DNA of 64,000 bases from Erysipelotrichaceae bacterium (GCA_041736705.1 JBGSTC010000028.1:20768-84767), one strand, 5' to 3'; shown: positions 1-11,245, counted from the first letter of the stretch. Notes: generated by a model from the letters alone, not told the origin. Translations and numbers: made by a program.

Positions 1-258
1 GTGCTCTTCATTTCACCGGTCGCCAACCACGATTTGCTTCAAATCCACGAAGCCTTGCATCAAGGCATCGATGAGGATGTAAACTGGGTGCCGCATTCGA
101 CGATGTTCATCGAAGAGACGAGTCAAGTCCTCCAAGCCGTCGAATTCCTTGCCCAAACTTTCCAACCCTTCAGCGCGAAGATCGAATCGATCGGTTTCTA
201 TCAGTTCCAACCCACCCGTTTCATCGTAGAGAAATCCTTAAGTCAAACCCACGAGTAA
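1..258 (+). CDS. 3' end of a gene truncated by the window edge; weak resemblance to the C-terminus of a 2H phosphoesterase (LigT/ThpR-like), with an H-S-T-M motif
   Basis: ORF runs from the window start to a stop at 256-258, followed by a hairpin terminator. The family call is weak and rests on a single HxT-like motif. Confidence 0.3.
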   Translation: MLFISPVANHDLLQIHEALHQGIDEDVNWVPHSTMFIEETSQVLQAVEFLAQTFQPFSAKIESIGFYQFQPTRFIVEKSLSQTHE

Positions 259-261
259 AGA

Positions 262-290
262 AAAGTCGGAACGACGTCCCGACTTTTTCA
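262..290. terminator. Bidirectional rho-independent terminator between convergent genes
   Basis: Inverted repeat gtcggaacg/cgtcccgac followed by a T-run (ttttt); it sits between the stop at 258 (+) and the stop at 299 (-). Confidence 0.6.
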
Positions 291-298
291 TTGTGTCA

Positions 299-2191
299 TT
301 ATTCGACGATCGAACGGAGATTACTTCCGTCCATATCGCTGAGATAGACCTTGACCGATCCGTCTTCATAGCTCTTCAAAGTGATCAGAGAGTTCTCGAA
401 GATCACCGTATGGTCGCTTCGAATATTCGACGCAAAGACAAGCTGTTTCTGTCCACTCTCGGGGTTCATGCGATACAACGACCCGTTAGTCTCGTTCCAT
501 GCCACATAATAAAGCATGTCTTCGCCGACCCCGATCACATTAAGATACTCGTCGAAGGTATCCAACACCACGCTTTCCGACCCATCCTGACTCATTCGGA
601 CGATCTGCATGGGGAGTTCGCTATCGCCTTTCTTCTTTGCGTAATAAATCCATTCCGTATCCACGACATAGGAATTGATTGCCTCGTCGAGATACATGAA
701 TTTGTCCGAACCTTCCAACGAATTGCGGTAAATCCCGAAATTCCCCGCTTCGAAGCCGATTTTCTGATAGTAAATGAAGTCTGCGGAAAGCTGGATTTCG
801 CCAAACGAGTCTGAGTCGTCGATCACGCTGCGTTGCGTACCATCCGACTTCGCCTTCATGATTTTTATCTCGTTGAGATCCGTATAGTAGATCCATCCAT
901 CCTTCATCACGAAGTCGTTCACCGATACATCAAGGACGACCCCCTTCTCGCTACCATCCATCTTCATCCGGCAAAGATAACCATTTAAACTATCGTTGAT
1001 GAAATAGACCCAGTCTTTGACGACGGTAAGATTGTGTGCATAGACGTCGATCAGTCTCGTCTTCCCCGAAGCGTCCGTTTTCACTTTATAGATTCCTTTG
1101 TTTGCTTCGCTGGCATCACGATAGAAGATCCATTCGCCGACCCGGACAAGGTAGGGGTCGCTGACCCCAAGACCTAAGATCGAATCGGTGTCGGGATCGA
1201 CCTGACGGATCTTCAATGTATTCTCCAACGTACCTGTCGAAAGCGAAAGTCTGTAGTACTGGGGTGTGAAATCCTGACTTACGAAATATGCGGACGCCCC
1301 GATGATTGACAAAGTGGTCGCGACTTTATCGCTAAGAACGATATCCCCGCTTCCGTCGAATTCCAACGCGCGGACACCGTTAAAACTGCTGACGATGAGC
1401 TTTTGCCCATCGGTATTGATTGAATTGACATCGACATCCGAGATTTTCTTCAGATCGCTTCCATCCATGGCCATCGAGTAGAGTTTAGCTTTATCTTTCA
1501 TATTGCGATAATAGATGCGATTGTTCGCAATGACGAAATCACGTCCGCCGGTCGACACGTCGGTCATCGAACCACCGTCCATTTTGACTTTTTGGATTGT
1601 ATACGAGGTATCGCTGATGCCGTAATAGAGCCATCCGTCATGATAGTAGAAGCCATAGGCATTCACATCCGCAAGTTTTTGCGGATTCTTTCCGTCGACG
1701 GAATTGCGGTAGATCTGTCCGTAGCCGTTGATGTAGACGATGGTTTCGTCCATCACCAGAATCATACCCATGTTGTCGGCGGGAACACCCGTCAGGATTC
1801 TACCTGCTGTTCCGTCGGTTTTAATCGTGAAGACCCCTTGTTCACTCAAGGCATAGAGGTCGTCGTTGACAACATTGATCGACCGGTATTCGCCATCCGC
1901 CAATTTGGTGACACTCGATCCATCGCTTTTCATTTTGAAAAGACCGGTCATAATCGTCAACGTCGACTCATCGAACGTTTCACAGGAACAATAGACCCAT
2001 CCGTCGGCTTCGGCGTACTGCCCGCCGTTCATCATGTTACCGCTGGTATTCCCGATGACCTTGGCAGTGAATTCGGTTGGAATCGGATCATCATCGTCAT
2101 CATCGTCCGGTACGACGGGCTTTTTACCGCAACCCGTCAAAAGTGATAAAGCAAGCATGAAAGCGAAGAGGATTGTTAGGAACTTTCTCAT
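299..2191 (-). CDS. Secreted lipoprotein with a DUF5050-like beta-propeller repeat region
   Basis: N-terminus MRKFLTILFAFMLALSLLTGCGK has a signal peptide and an L-T-G-C lipobox. A poly-Asp linker (DDDDDDD) follows. Degenerate repeats carry WIYY/IYY motifs typical of DUF5050 propellers. An RBS (agggggt) precedes the ATG at 2189-2191. Confidence 0.6.
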   Translation of the reverse strand: MRKFLTILFAFMLALSLLTGCGKKPVVPDDDDDDDPIPTEFTAKVIGNTSGNMMNGGQYAEADGWVYCSCETFDESTLTIMTGLFKMKSDGSSVTKLADGEYRSINVVNDDLYALSEQGVFTIKTDGTAGRILTGVPADNMGMILVMDETIVYINGYGQIYRNSVDGKNPQKLADVNAYGFYYHDGWLYYGISDTSYTIQKVKMDGGSMTDVSTGGRDFVIANNRIYYRNMKDKAKLYSMAMDGSDLKKISDVDVNSINTDGQKLIVSSFNGVRALEFDGSGDIVLSDKVATTLSIIGASAYFVSQDFTPQYYRLSLSTGTLENTLKIRQVDPDTDSILGLGVSDPYLVRVGEWIFYRDASEANKGIYKVKTDASGKTRLIDVYAHNLTVVKDWVYFINDSLNGYLCRMKMDGSEKGVVLDVSVNDFVMKDGWIYYTDLNEIKIMKAKSDGTQRSVIDDSDSFGEIQLSADFIYYQKIGFEAGNFGIYRNSLEGSDKFMYLDEAINSYVVDTEWIYYAKKKGDSELPMQIVRMSQDGSESVVLDTFDEYLNVIGVGEDMLYYVAWNETNGSLYRMNPESGQKQLVFASNIRSDHTVIFENSLITLKSYEDGSVKVYLSDMDGSNLRSIVE

Positions 2192-2535
2192 AGGACCCCC
2201 TGGTTGATCTGTCCGGTATCGCCATCAATGAGCGCGACATATGATGAATCAATGTGGATACATAAAAACGGAAACTTCTGAATTCATTCTATCGCTACTC
2301 CACCGTCGAATACAATTCTTTTCGATGTTCGTCGTCAAACAACAATACCCCATCCAAGTTTATCAAATCGAAAAGATGTGATAAAAAGCAAAAATAAAAT
2401 ATAGAAACGGAGATAAAATTAAGAAATATGTAAATAAATAGAAAAATAATGTAAAAAACGGAAATAAAAATGGAAAAATGATAGACAAATCGAATTTAGA
2501 CAATAAAATAGAACGTATAGTTGGAGGGAAAAACT

Positions 2536-2889
2536 ATGGAGAAGAAACAAAAGAGGAAAGATTCGGGTTTGATTCAAACAAAGGGAAGCCGTAAAGAAGG
2601 CATTGCGATCCACCATCGCATCGGCCTTTCCAAACGGCTTTCGATCGGAGTGCTGGGGTTTGTCGCGATTGTCTTGATGTGGTTGGGCGTTTCGATTCTA
2701 GTGTTGAGCCTTGTCAACGATGTCTCCTTCACGGTCATGGGTTCTTCGATCCATGGGTCGCTCTGGGGCATCGTCATCGCCTTCCTGGGCATCCGTTACT
2801 TCGTATCCGTGTTGAAGCTTAAACAGAGGGTCTACCAAAGCGCATCGAGGTTCTCCATGAGAAACTTCAAAGGGAAGGTGGCTGCATGA
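2536..2889 (+). CDS. Small polytopic membrane protein of unknown function, translationally coupled to amt
   Basis: RBS ggaggg lies 8 nt upstream of the ATG at 2536. Two to three hydrophobic helices. The stop overlaps the amt start (ATGA at 2886-2889). Confidence 0.5.
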   Translation: MEKKQKRKDSGLIQTKGSRKEGIAIHHRIGLSKRLSIGVLGFVAIVLMWLGVSILVLSLVNDVSFTVMGSSIHGSLWGIVIAFLGIRYFVSVLKLKQRVYQSASRFSMRNFKGKVAA

Positions 2890-4922
2890 AACTCTCGAAA
2901 AAATATCTGGCTTCACTATGGCTCATCGGGATTACGGTAGTTACGATCCTGATCGTCGCCTTCTTGTTTCACGGAGATTCTTCCGCCGCCGATCCGACCG
3001 GTGCATCGTACATCGCGACCAGCGGACTTGAGACCTTGGACGATGTCGCCGCTCTCGCCAATAAAGCCTATCTGGGTTCCAATTATGTCTGGATCATGAT
3101 TTGCGGATTCCTCGTCTTCTTCTTCCAATGCGGGTTCGCAATGGTCGAAACCGGGTTCTGCCGGGCGAAGAACGCAGCCCATACCATGACGATGAACTTC
3201 ATGGTGTTCCTGGTCGGTGCGATCGGTTACTTCCTGTTCGGATTCGCCCTTCAGATGGGCGGTTCGGGCGGTGCCGCAGGCTTGGGAAGCGGGGGTTCCG
3301 CCTTGAACGCATTGATCTCCATTCCGGGCTTGGGCGGCGTTCTTGGCTATAAAGGGTTCGCCCTTCTTGGCACCTACGATGCCGGCATCTATGCCTTGTT
3401 CTTCTTTCAGATGGTGTTCATGGATACGACGGTCACGATCCCGACCGGTGCGATGGCCGAGCGGGTCAAGTACTCCGCGATGGTCATCACGTCCTTCTTC
3501 ATCTCCATTTTGCTCTACCCGCTCTTTGCGAACTGGGTTTGGGGCGGGGGTTGGTTGGCGACCCTGGGGAAGAACTTCGGGATCGGACACGGGGTGGTGG
3601 ACTTCGCGGGATCCGCGGTCGTCCACAGTATGGGTGGGATGATCGCCCTTGCCGGTGCGATCGTACTGGGTCCCCGTATCGGTAAATTCAAGAAAGACGG
3701 GACGGCGCGCGCCTTCCCCGGTCACGATATCCCGATGGCCATCATCGGGACCATCATCCTCTTCTTCTGTTGGTTCGCCTTCAACGCCGGGTCGACCTTG
3801 AACGCTTCGGATTTCCGTCTCGCGGTCGTCGCGACGAACACGATGATCGCCGGTGCAGTCGGCGGTTTGGTCGCCATGTTCTATATGTGGATCAAGTATG
3901 GAAAACCTGATCCTTCGATGACCGCCAACGGCGCCTTGGCCGGCTTGGTCGCCATCACCGCGCCTTGCGCGTTTGTCAACGGGGTCACGTCGTTGTTGAT
4001 CGGTGCGATCGCCGGGATCCTGGTATGTCTCTCCGTGCCCTTCGTTGAAAACAAGTTGAAACTCGACGATCCCGTCGGAGCGATTTCGGTCCACGGCGTC
4101 AACGGTTTCTGGGGAGTGATCGCGGTCGGATTGTTTGCGGACGGCGTCTATGGGGATGGTCTCAACGGCGTCGCCGGCGGCGTACGCGGCTTATTCTACG
4201 GCGATGCCTCGCAGTTGGTCGCCCAGTTGATCGCCTTGCTTGTCTTGGTCGTTTGGGGCTTCGGTTTATCCTATGCCTTCTTCAAACTTCTGGATAAAGT
4301 CTGGGGCTTGCGCGTCTCGCCCGAAGACGAACTGCAAGGCCTTGACGGTCCTGAAATGGGAGTCCTCGCGTATCCCGATTTGATGCTGACGAGGTCGGAA
4401 CTCGACTACGACTCCCATGACAATGTCCGCATCAAGCAATTGGAACGTTTCCGCTATTATCCCGAAGAAAAAGCGAGAACGAAAAACGATACGGAGGAAG
4501 TCCGCGTCGACCAAGCCGTTCCGGTCGAGTTGGTATCCGAACCTTCGCTCAGTGTGATTTCCGATGTCAAGATGACCAAGATCGACATCATCACGCGTCA
4601 AAGCAAGTTCGAGGAACTGAAGGAAGCGATGAACGAAATCGGCATCACGGGGATGACCGTGACCCAGGTGTTGGGGTGCGGGATCCAGAAAGGGAAGTCG
4701 GAATATTATCGCGGGGTCGAAACGGAACTCAACCTCCTTCCGAAAGTGCAGATCGAGATCGTCGTCGCCAAAGTACCGGTGCGCAAAGTCATCGAAACGG
4801 CCAAACGCATCCTCTATACAGGGCATATCGGCGATGGGAAAATCTTCGTCTACGATGTGGAAAACGTCATCAAAGTCCGTACGGGGGAAGAAGGATACGA
4901 CGCCCTTCAGGATGTGGAATAG
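2886..4922 (+). CDS. amt: Ammonium transporter (Amt/MEP family) fused to a C-terminal PII nitrogen regulatory (GlnB/GlnK) domain
   Basis: About 470 aa polytopic Amt core (…DFAGSAVVHSMGG…). After a roughly 60-aa linker, the last ~112 aa align end to end with GlnB/GlnK (MTKIDIITRQSKFEELKEAMNEIGITGMTVTQVLGCGIQKG…GDGKIFVYDVENVIKVRTGE), including a T-loop with YYRG. RBS aagggaaggtgg. Confidence 0.9.
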   Translation: MKLSKKYLASLWLIGITVVTILIVAFLFHGDSSAADPTGASYIATSGLETLDDVAALANKAYLGSNYVWIMICGFLVFFFQCGFAMVETGFCRAKNAAHTMTMNFMVFLVGAIGYFLFGFALQMGGSGGAAGLGSGGSALNALISIPGLGGVLGYKGFALLGTYDAGIYALFFFQMVFMDTTVTIPTGAMAERVKYSAMVITSFFISILLYPLFANWVWGGGWLATLGKNFGIGHGVVDFAGSAVVHSMGGMIALAGAIVLGPRIGKFKKDGTARAFPGHDIPMAIIGTIILFFCWFAFNAGSTLNASDFRLAVVATNTMIAGAVGGLVAMFYMWIKYGKPDPSMTANGALAGLVAITAPCAFVNGVTSLLIGAIAGILVCLSVPFVENKLKLDDPVGAISVHGVNGFWGVIAVGLFADGVYGDGLNGVAGGVRGLFYGDASQLVAQLIALLVLVVWGFGLSYAFFKLLDKVWGLRVSPEDELQGLDGPEMGVLAYPDLMLTRSELDYDSHDNVRIKQLERFRYYPEEKARTKNDTEEVRVDQAVPVELVSEPSLSVISDVKMTKIDIITRQSKFEELKEAMNEIGITGMTVTQVLGCGIQKGKSEYYRGVETELNLLPKVQIEIVVAKVPVRKVIETAKRILYTGHIGDGKIFVYDVENVIKVRTGEEGYDALQDVE

Positions 4923-4937
4923 AAGTAGGAAACCTCT

Positions 4938-4962
4938 ACCGCCGTCATGGCGGTTTTTTATT
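4938..4962 (+). terminator. Rho-independent terminator after amt
   Basis: Hairpin ccgccgtcatggcgg followed by ttttttatt. Confidence 0.7.
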
Positions 4963-4995
4963 GAAGAAGGAGAAAAAGGGAGGATGAGGGTGCGA

Positions 4996-5019
4996 ATGTA
5001 AATTGCGAAAAATTTACAT
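4996..5019. promoter_or_regulatory. Perfect 9-bp inverted repeat, ATGTAAATT-N6-AATTTACAT, in the gltB promoter region; candidate operator
   Basis: Read directly from the sequence, about 95 bp upstream of the gltB start. The half-site ATGTAAA(T) recurs twice upstream of amt, at 2428-2435 and 2449-2456. Confidence 0.45.
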
Positions 5020-5112
5020 GAAAGTGAATGAATTATTTTCAAAAAGAACGGGAAGTTTCCTTAGGTTTGTGATAAAATCAAAAAAACAAGAGATGTCAGG
5101 GAGGTTCGATTG

Positions 5113-8100
5113 ATGAACTACGATGATTACCCCCACAAGCAAGGACTCTATGATCCGGCGTATGAACACGATGCCTGCGGGATGGGTTTCGTCGTCAACA
5201 TTTCGGGTGTCAAATCCCATGACATCCTCGACCAAGCATTGACGGTCTTGGAGAACCTGAGCCATCGCGGGGCACAAGGTGCGGATGAAAACACCGGCGA
5301 CGGGGCCGGGATCCTGCTTCAACTTCCCCACGAGTTTTTCAAACGGGAATGCGAAGTCTTGGGATTCGATCTACCGGATGCCGGCGAATACGGCGTCGGG
5401 ATGATCTTCGCCCATAAATACGATGAATTCAGGAAAGAACAGATTCTGATGTTCGAGAAGATCGTGAAAGAAGAAGGACAAACGGTCTTGGGTTGGCGCG
5501 AAGTGCCCATCGACAAGACCGTTCCGGGCGAAGGGGCGAAAGCCGTCATGCCGCGCTTCATCCAGGTGTTCATCGGGAAAAACGAGGAAATCCACTCCGA
5601 CATGGAATTCGAACGGAAACTCTTTACGATCCGCAAACAAGCCGAGAAAGTGATCACGCCCCTGTGTGAAGGCAAAGGCGGGAAATTCTATATCGCCAGC
5701 CTCTCATCCAAGACCATCGTCTATAAAGGGATGCTGACATCGAAACAACTCCGCGATTTCTATCTGGATCTCTCCGACCTCGACTTCGTTTCCGCCCTCG
5801 GGATGGTCCATTCGCGCTTCAGCACCAACACCTTCCCCAGTTGGGAAAGGGCGCATCCCAACCGCTATATCGTCCATAACGGGGAAATCAATACGATCCG
5901 CGGGAACGTGAACTGGATGAAGGCGCGGCAGAAACGGATCGCCTCGCCGCTTTTCGAAGACATCTCGAAAGTGTTTCCGATCATCGATGAATCGGGAAGC
6001 GATTCGGCGATGTTCGATAATAGTCTAGAGTTTCTAAGTCTGGCCGGCCGATCGCTTCCGCATGCGGTCATGATGATGATCCCCGAACCTTACGAAAAGA
6101 ACAACGACTTATCACAGATGAAACGGGATTTCTACGCGTTCAATAATTTCATCATGGAACCTTGGGACGGACCGGCCGCGATGGCGTTCAGCGACGGGGT
6201 CAGGATCGGCGCCGTCCTGGATCGCAACGGGCTGCGTCCCTCGCGTTATGTCGTCACCCATGACGACCGGGTGATCCTGGCGTCCGAAGTCGGGGTCATC
6301 GACCTGGATCCCAAAAACATCAAACGCAAAGGGCGGCTTGAACCCGGTAAAATGCTTTTGATCGATACACATGCCAAACGGATCATTTCGGATGAAGAGA
6401 TCAAGTCGGAAGTTTCCAAACTTCATCCTTATTCACAATGGATCCAATCCCACATCGTCGATCTCGACCAACTCCCCACGATCGATAAAGAGGATGTTCC
6501 AGTCCGTAAGGATCTCCTGCAGCAGCAAAAAGCCTTCGGATACACCTATGAAGACATCATGGCGACGATGGTCCCCACCGTCCTCAATACACTGGATCCG
6601 CTGGGATCGATGGGCATCGATTCCCCCTTGGCCGTACTTAGCGAAAAACCGCAGATGCTGTATCTGTATTTCAAGCAGCTCTTCGCCCAAGTCACCAACC
6701 CTCCGATCGACGGGATCCGTGAAGAACTCATCACTTCGTCTTCCGTCCTGTTGGGCAACTCGGGAAACCTGATGGATCCCGACGACCCCTCGACCCACAG
6801 CCTCTACCTCGACCATCCCGTTTTGACGGATTCCCAACTGAAACAAATCCAATCGCTAAACGACGACCGATTCAAAACAGTCACGATTTCGATCCTCTAT
6901 CGGATCGATGACGGGGTTTCGGCGATGGAGAAAGCGTTGGAAAGGGTGTTCCGCGATGCGGACAAGGCGATCGAAGACAAAGCCAACATCCTTCTTCTCA
7001 GCGATCGCGGCGTGGATGCAAGACATGCGGCGATCCCCGCCCTTTTGGCTTCGTCCGGTCTGCACCATCACCTCATCGCCAATGAAATCCGCACCAGCAT
7101 CGGAATCGTTTTGGAGTCGGGGGAACCGCGCGATGTCCATCATTTCTGTACGCTGATCGGCTATGGGGTCACGGCGATCAACCCTTATCTCGCCTATGAA
7201 ACCCTTAAGGACCTTTCCGCGAAGAAGCTGCTTGGCGGGAAGGATTTTCACGATGCCCAGGCGAGCTACATCAAAGCGATCGTGAAAGGCATCATGAAAG
7301 TGCTCTCGAAGATGGGGGTTTCCACCATGCGAAGCTATCACGGCGCCCAGATTTTCGAAGCGGTCGGATTGAGTAAGGAAGTCATCGACCGCTACTTCAC
7401 GATGACATCGTCGCGCATCGAAGGGATCGGATTGGAAGAAATCGCGATGGAAAACAAGATGCGTCACGAAAGTGCCTATGCGCTCAATTCACTTGAGACC
7501 AAGACGCTTGAAATCGGCGGATTATACCAATGCAAGGATGGAGGCGAACTCCATCTCTATAATCCCGAGACGATCTATCTTTTACAGAAAGCCTGTCGGG
7601 AAGGGGATTATCGGCGTTTCAAGGAATTCAGTCAGAAAATCAACGAGGAATCGCTCTTTACCTTGCGTCAATTACTCGATTTCAACGTCGAAGGCTCGGA
7701 TGCCATCCCCATCGAGGAAGTGGAATCCGTGGCGAGTATCGTCAAGAAGTTCAAGACCGGGGCGATGTCCTATGGCTCGTTGAGTAAAGAAGCGCATGAA
7801 TGTCTTGCCATCGCCATGAATCGATTGGGTGGGAAAAGCAATACGGGCGAAGGCGGGGAAGACGCGGAAAGATATACGTTAATGCCCAACGGGGATTCGA
7901 AGAACAGCGCCATCAAACAGGTCGCTTCCGGCCGTTTCGGCGTCACAAGCAACTACCTGATCCATGCAGCGGAAATCCAGATCAAAATGGCGCAAGGGGC
8001 GAAACCCGGGGAAGGCGGTCAATTGCCCGCCCAGAAAGTCTATCCATCGATCGCCAAAGTCCGACATTCGATCCCCGGGGTCGAACTGATTTCCCCTCCT

Positions 8101-9714
8101 CCGCATCACGACATCTATTCGATCGAAGATTTAGCGCAACTGATCCAGGATTTGAAGAACGCCAACCGCGAAGCGCGGATCAACGTGAAACTCGTCTCGG
8201 AAGTCGGCGTGGGGACGATCGCCGCCGGGGTGGCGAAAGGCAAGGCCGATGTCATCTTGATCAGTGGCTACGACGGCGGGACCGGCGCATCGCCGCGCAC
8301 CAGCATCTATAATACGGGACTACCCTGGGAACTCGGCTTGGCCGAGACCCAGCAAACCCTTGTCCTCAATAAACTCCGCGACCGCGTCGTTCTGGAAACC
8401 GACGGAAAACTCTTGACCGGACGGGACGTCGCCATCGCGGCGCTCTTGGGCGCGGAAGAATTCGGATTCGCGACCACCCCGCTGATCGCGATCGGCTGCG
8501 TCATGATGCGCGTCTGCAACCTGAACACCTGTCCGGTCGGCGTCGCGACCCAAGACGAGAACCTACGCAAGAATTTCAAAGGGAAACCCGAGCATGTGGA
8601 AAACTTCATGCGTTTCATCGCGCAAGAGTTACGAGAAATCATGGCGACCCTCGGCTTCAAGACGATTCAGGAAATGGTCGGGCGGACCGACCGCTTGAAA
8701 GCGCGGGACAACATCAAACACTGGAAGGCACGTCATGTGGATCTCTCCAAAATGCTTTATCAACCCTATGCGCCTGCCACCGTCGGCAAACACAATCGGA
8801 TCAACCAAAACCATCATCTGGAAGAAACTTTGGATATGAAGAAGCTGCTTCGCATGTGTAAACCGGCACTGGAGAATCGCAAGAAAATCCGTGCGCGTCT
8901 CAAGATCAACAACACCAACCGTGTCGTCGGCACGATCGTCGGGAGTGAAATCAGCCGCAGATACGGGGAAGAAGGACTCCCCGAAGATACCTTGCATCTT
9001 TCCTTCAGCGGATCGGCCGGTCAGAGTTTCGGCGCCTTCATCCCCAAAGGGATGACCTTGGAACTCGAAGGGGACGCCAACGACTATCTGGGGAAAGGAC
9101 TTTCCGGCGGTAAAATCATCGTCTATCCGCCCAAATCCTCACTCTTTGCCTCGAAAGACAACATCGTCATCGGGAACGTGGCGTTCTACGGGGCGACCGA
9201 AGGGGAAGCCTATATCGACGGGATCGCCGGCGAGCGTTTCTGTGTTCGTAACAGCGGCATCCTTGCGGTCGTGGAAGGGGTCGGCGACCACGGGTGCGAA
9301 TACATGACCGGCGGCGAAGCGATCATCCTGGGCAAGACCGGACGCAATTTCGCGGCGGGGATGTCGGGTGGAATCGCCTACGTACTGGATCTTGACCAAA
9401 GCAAATGCAATCCCGCCATGGTTGAATTCTCGTCCATCACCCAAACCGAAGAACAAACGAAACTAAAGGAACGACTCGTAAAGCACGTCCTTTATACCGG
9501 AAGCGAGCAGGGGAAACAATTGCTTGAGGCGTGGGATGCGAGCTTGACGCGGTTTACGAAAGTCATCCCGGGCGACTACAGAAGGATGCTTGAAAACATC
9601 GAGAAAGCGAAATCGTTGGGGAAAGAGCACGACGACGCCCTGATGTGGGCGTTTCAAGAGAGTTTCAAATCCACGTCGAAACAAGAAACATCCGCGCCGA
9701 CGGATTCGGACTGA
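5113..9714 (+). CDS. gltB: Glutamate synthase large subunit
   Basis: N-terminal class-II amidotransferase domain (…[14 protein letters not shown]…), central FMN/Fe-S domain and C-terminal GXGXG domain, about 1530 aa. RBS agggagg lies 7 nt before the ATG at 5113. Confidence 0.95.
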   Translation: MNYDDYPHKQGLYDPAYEHDACGMGFVVNISGVKSHDILDQALTVLENLSHRGAQGADENTGDGAGILLQLPHEFFKRECEVLGFDLPDAGEYGVGMIFAHKYDEFRKEQILMFEKIVKEEGQTVLGWREVPIDKTVPGEGAKAVMPRFIQVFIGKNEEIHSDMEFERKLFTIRKQAEKVITPLCEGKGGKFYIASLSSKTIVYKGMLTSKQLRDFYLDLSDLDFVSALGMVHSRFSTNTFPSWERAHPNRYIVHNGEINTIRGNVNWMKARQKRIASPLFEDISKVFPIIDESGSDSAMFDNSLEFLSLAGRSLPHAVMMMIPEPYEKNNDLSQMKRDFYAFNNFIMEPWDGPAAMAFSDGVRIGAVLDRNGLRPSRYVVTHDDRVILASEVGVIDLDPKNIKRKGRLEPGKMLLIDTHAKRIISDEEIKSEVSKLHPYSQWIQSHIVDLDQLPTIDKEDVPVRKDLLQQQKAFGYTYEDIMATMVPTVLNTLDPLGSMGIDSPLAVLSEKPQMLYLYFKQLFAQVTNPPIDGIREELITSSSVLLGNSGNLMDPDDPSTHSLYLDHPVLTDSQLKQIQSLNDDRFKTVTISILYRIDDGVSAMEKALERVFRDADKAIEDKANILLLSDRGVDARHAAIPALLASSGLHHHLIANEIRTSIGIVLESGEPRDVHHFCTLIGYGVTAINPYLAYETLKDLSAKKLLGGKDFHDAQASYIKAIVKGIMKVLSKMGVSTMRSYHGAQIFEAVGLSKEVIDRYFTMTSSRIEGIGLEEIAMENKMRHESAYALNSLETKTLEIGGLYQCKDGGELHLYNPETIYLLQKACREGDYRRFKEFSQKINEESLFTLRQLLDFNVEGSDAIPIEEVESVASIVKKFKTGAMSYGSLSKEAHECLAIAMNRLGGKSNTGEGGEDAERYTLMPNGDSKNSAIKQVASGRFGVTSNYLIHAAEIQIKMAQGAKPGEGGQLPAQKVYPSIAKVRHSIPGVELISPPPHHDIYSIEDLAQLIQDLKNANREARINVKLVSEVGVGTIAAGVAKGKADVILISGYDGGTGASPRTSIYNTGLPWELGLAETQQTLVLNKLRDRVVLETDGKLLTGRDVAIAALLGAEEFGFATTPLIAIGCVMMRVCNLNTCPVGVATQDENLRKNFKGKPEHVENFMRFIAQELREIMATLGFKTIQEMVGRTDRLKARDNIKHWKARHVDLSKMLYQPYAPATVGKHNRINQNHHLEETLDMKKLLRMCKPALENRKKIRARLKINNTNRVVGTIVGSEISRRYGEEGLPEDTLHLSFSGSAGQSFGAFIPKGMTLELEGDANDYLGKGLSGGKIIVYPPKSSLFASKDNIVIGNVAFYGATEGEAYIDGIAGERFCVRNSGILAVVEGVGDHGCEYMTGGEAIILGKTGRNFAAGMSGGIAYVLDLDQSKCNPAMVEFSSITQTEEQTKLKERLVKHVLYTGSEQGKQLLEAWDASLTRFTKVIPGDYRRMLENIEKAKSLGKEHDDALMWAFQESFKSTSKQETSAPTDSD

Positions 9715-9725
9715 AAGGGGAAACC

Positions 9726-11225
9726 ATGGGAAAAACCACCGGCTTTTTAGAGTATCGTCGAATCGATCCGCAAAAACGTCCCCCTTTGGATCGGATCCAG
9801 GATTTCGACGAAATCCGGATTCCTCAAGATGATGAAGAAATCAGAACCCAAGGATCCCGCTGTATGAACTGCGGGATCCCTTACTGCGCTTCGGGCGTCC
9901 TCCTCAACGGGATGGCCGCCGGTTGTCCGCTCCATAACCTCATCCCCGAATGGAACGACCTTGTCTACAAGAACCAATGGCAAGACGCCTTTGAGCGGTT
10001 GATTCGCACCAACCCTTTCCCTGAATTCACCTCGCGGGTCTGTCCCGCCCCCTGTGAAGGGTCGTGTACGGAAGGGCATATCCTCGACGCGGTCGCCATC
10101 AGCAGCATCGAATACCAGATCATCGAGAAAGCGTTTGAGAAAGGATGGGTGAAACCCGTACGATCCTCTTCGACCGGAAAACGTGTCGCGATCGTCGGAT
10201 CCGGTCCTTCCGGCTTATCGACGGCTTATTTCCTCAACGCATGCGGTCACCAAGTCACGATCTATGAACGAAGCGACCGGCCGGGCGGATTATTGATGTA
10301 TGGCATCCCCAACATGAAACTGGGCAAGAAAATCCTGGATCGACGCATCGAAGTGATGAAAGAATCCGGGATAACCTTTGTTTTGAATACGGAAGTCGGG
10401 AAGGATCTCCCGACCCAAGACCTGGTGGATCGCTATGACGCCGTCGTTTTGTGTGGAGGGGCGACCCAAGGACGCGGGATTACGGTGGAAGGCAGGGATC
10501 TGGACGGTGTCCACTTCGCCGTTGATTTCCTGAAAGCCACGACAAAGCATGTTTTAGATCCTAGTGGAAAACCGAATCCTACATTCGATGTGAGCAAGAA
10601 AAAAGTGGTCATCCTCGGCGGCGGGGATACGGGGACGGATTGTGTGGCAAGCGCCCTTCGTCAAGGCTGCGAGAGCGTCGTACAATTCGAAATCCTACCC
10701 GAAGCACCGAAAGAGCGCGACGATCGATCCAACCCCTGGCCGGAATGGCCGAAGAAGCTGAAGACGGACTACGGGCAAGAGGAAGCGATCGCGACCACGG
10801 GGAAAGACCCGCGCCATTACTTGATTTCCACCCGGAAAATCGTCGGGGACGCGGAAGGGAAAGTGACCGAAATCCATACGATCGATGTACGGTGGGTGAA
10901 AGATTCTAGCGGTCGCATGTTTCCCCAAGAAATACCGGGCACCGAAAAAGTCTGGCCGGCGGACAGGGTCTTGTTGGCGATGGGATTCCTAGGACCGGAA
11001 GCGACGATCCTCGATGAACTGAAACTCACCCGCGATCCACGCGGCAACGTCGCCGCCGATTATGGGAAATTCACGACCCGTCTTGACTCCGTGTTCGCCT
11101 GCGGCGACATGCGTCGCGGCCAAAGCCTGGTGGTCTGGGCGATCCAGGAAGGGAAGTTGTGCGCACGTGAAGTCGACCGTTATTTGAATGGGAAATCCGC
11201 TCGATCATCGGCTGATCGTACGTGA
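9726..11225 (+). CDS. gltD: Glutamate synthase small subunit (NADPH-dependent)
   Basis: Fe-S Cys clusters ([18 protein letters not shown]) followed by FAD/NAD(P) Rossmann motifs ([24 protein letters not shown]). RBS aaagggg before the ATG at 9726. The ORF track's upstream start at 9645 overlaps gltB and is rejected. Confidence 0.9.
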   Translation: MGKTTGFLEYRRIDPQKRPPLDRIQDFDEIRIPQDDEEIRTQGSRCMNCGIPYCASGVLLNGMAAGCPLHNLIPEWNDLVYKNQWQDAFERLIRTNPFPEFTSRVCPAPCEGSCTEGHILDAVAISSIEYQIIEKAFEKGWVKPVRSSSTGKRVAIVGSGPSGLSTAYFLNACGHQVTIYERSDRPGGLLMYGIPNMKLGKKILDRRIEVMKESGITFVLNTEVGKDLPTQDLVDRYDAVVLCGGATQGRGITVEGRDLDGVHFAVDFLKATTKHVLDPSGKPNPTFDVSKKKVVILGGGDTGTDCVASALRQGCESVVQFEILPEAPKERDDRSNPWPEWPKKLKTDYGQEEAIATTGKDPRHYLISTRKIVGDAEGKVTEIHTIDVRWVKDSSGRMFPQEIPGTEKVWPADRVLLAMGFLGPEATILDELKLTRDPRGNVAADYGKFTTRLDSVFACGDMRRGQSLVVWAIQEGKLCAREVDRYLNGKSARSSADRT

Positions 11226-11245
11226 TGACATAAGTGGCTTATATC

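Noticed and set aside
2916-4094. 392-aa ORF on the minus strand antisense to amt
   Set aside because: It lies entirely inside a well-supported transporter gene. Its translation is low-complexity and R/D/G-rich, typical of antisense frames in GC-rich coding DNA.
4998-5014. Canonical 17-bp TnrA/GlnR box (TGTNAN7TNACA)
   Set aside because: The spacing does not fit. The palindrome is 9 + 6 + 9 bp, so it is reported as a non-canonical palindrome rather than a TnrA site.
4266-5042. 258-aa minus-strand ORF over the PII-encoding 3' end of amt
   Set aside because: Antisense to the conserved PII domain. Its 5' end would lie in the amt terminator and gltB promoter region.
9645-9725. Extended 5' start of gltD at 9645 as given in the ORF track
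   Set aside because: It would overlap the gltB 3' end by 70 nt. A strong RBS precedes the ATG at 9726, which also matches the conserved GltD N-terminus.
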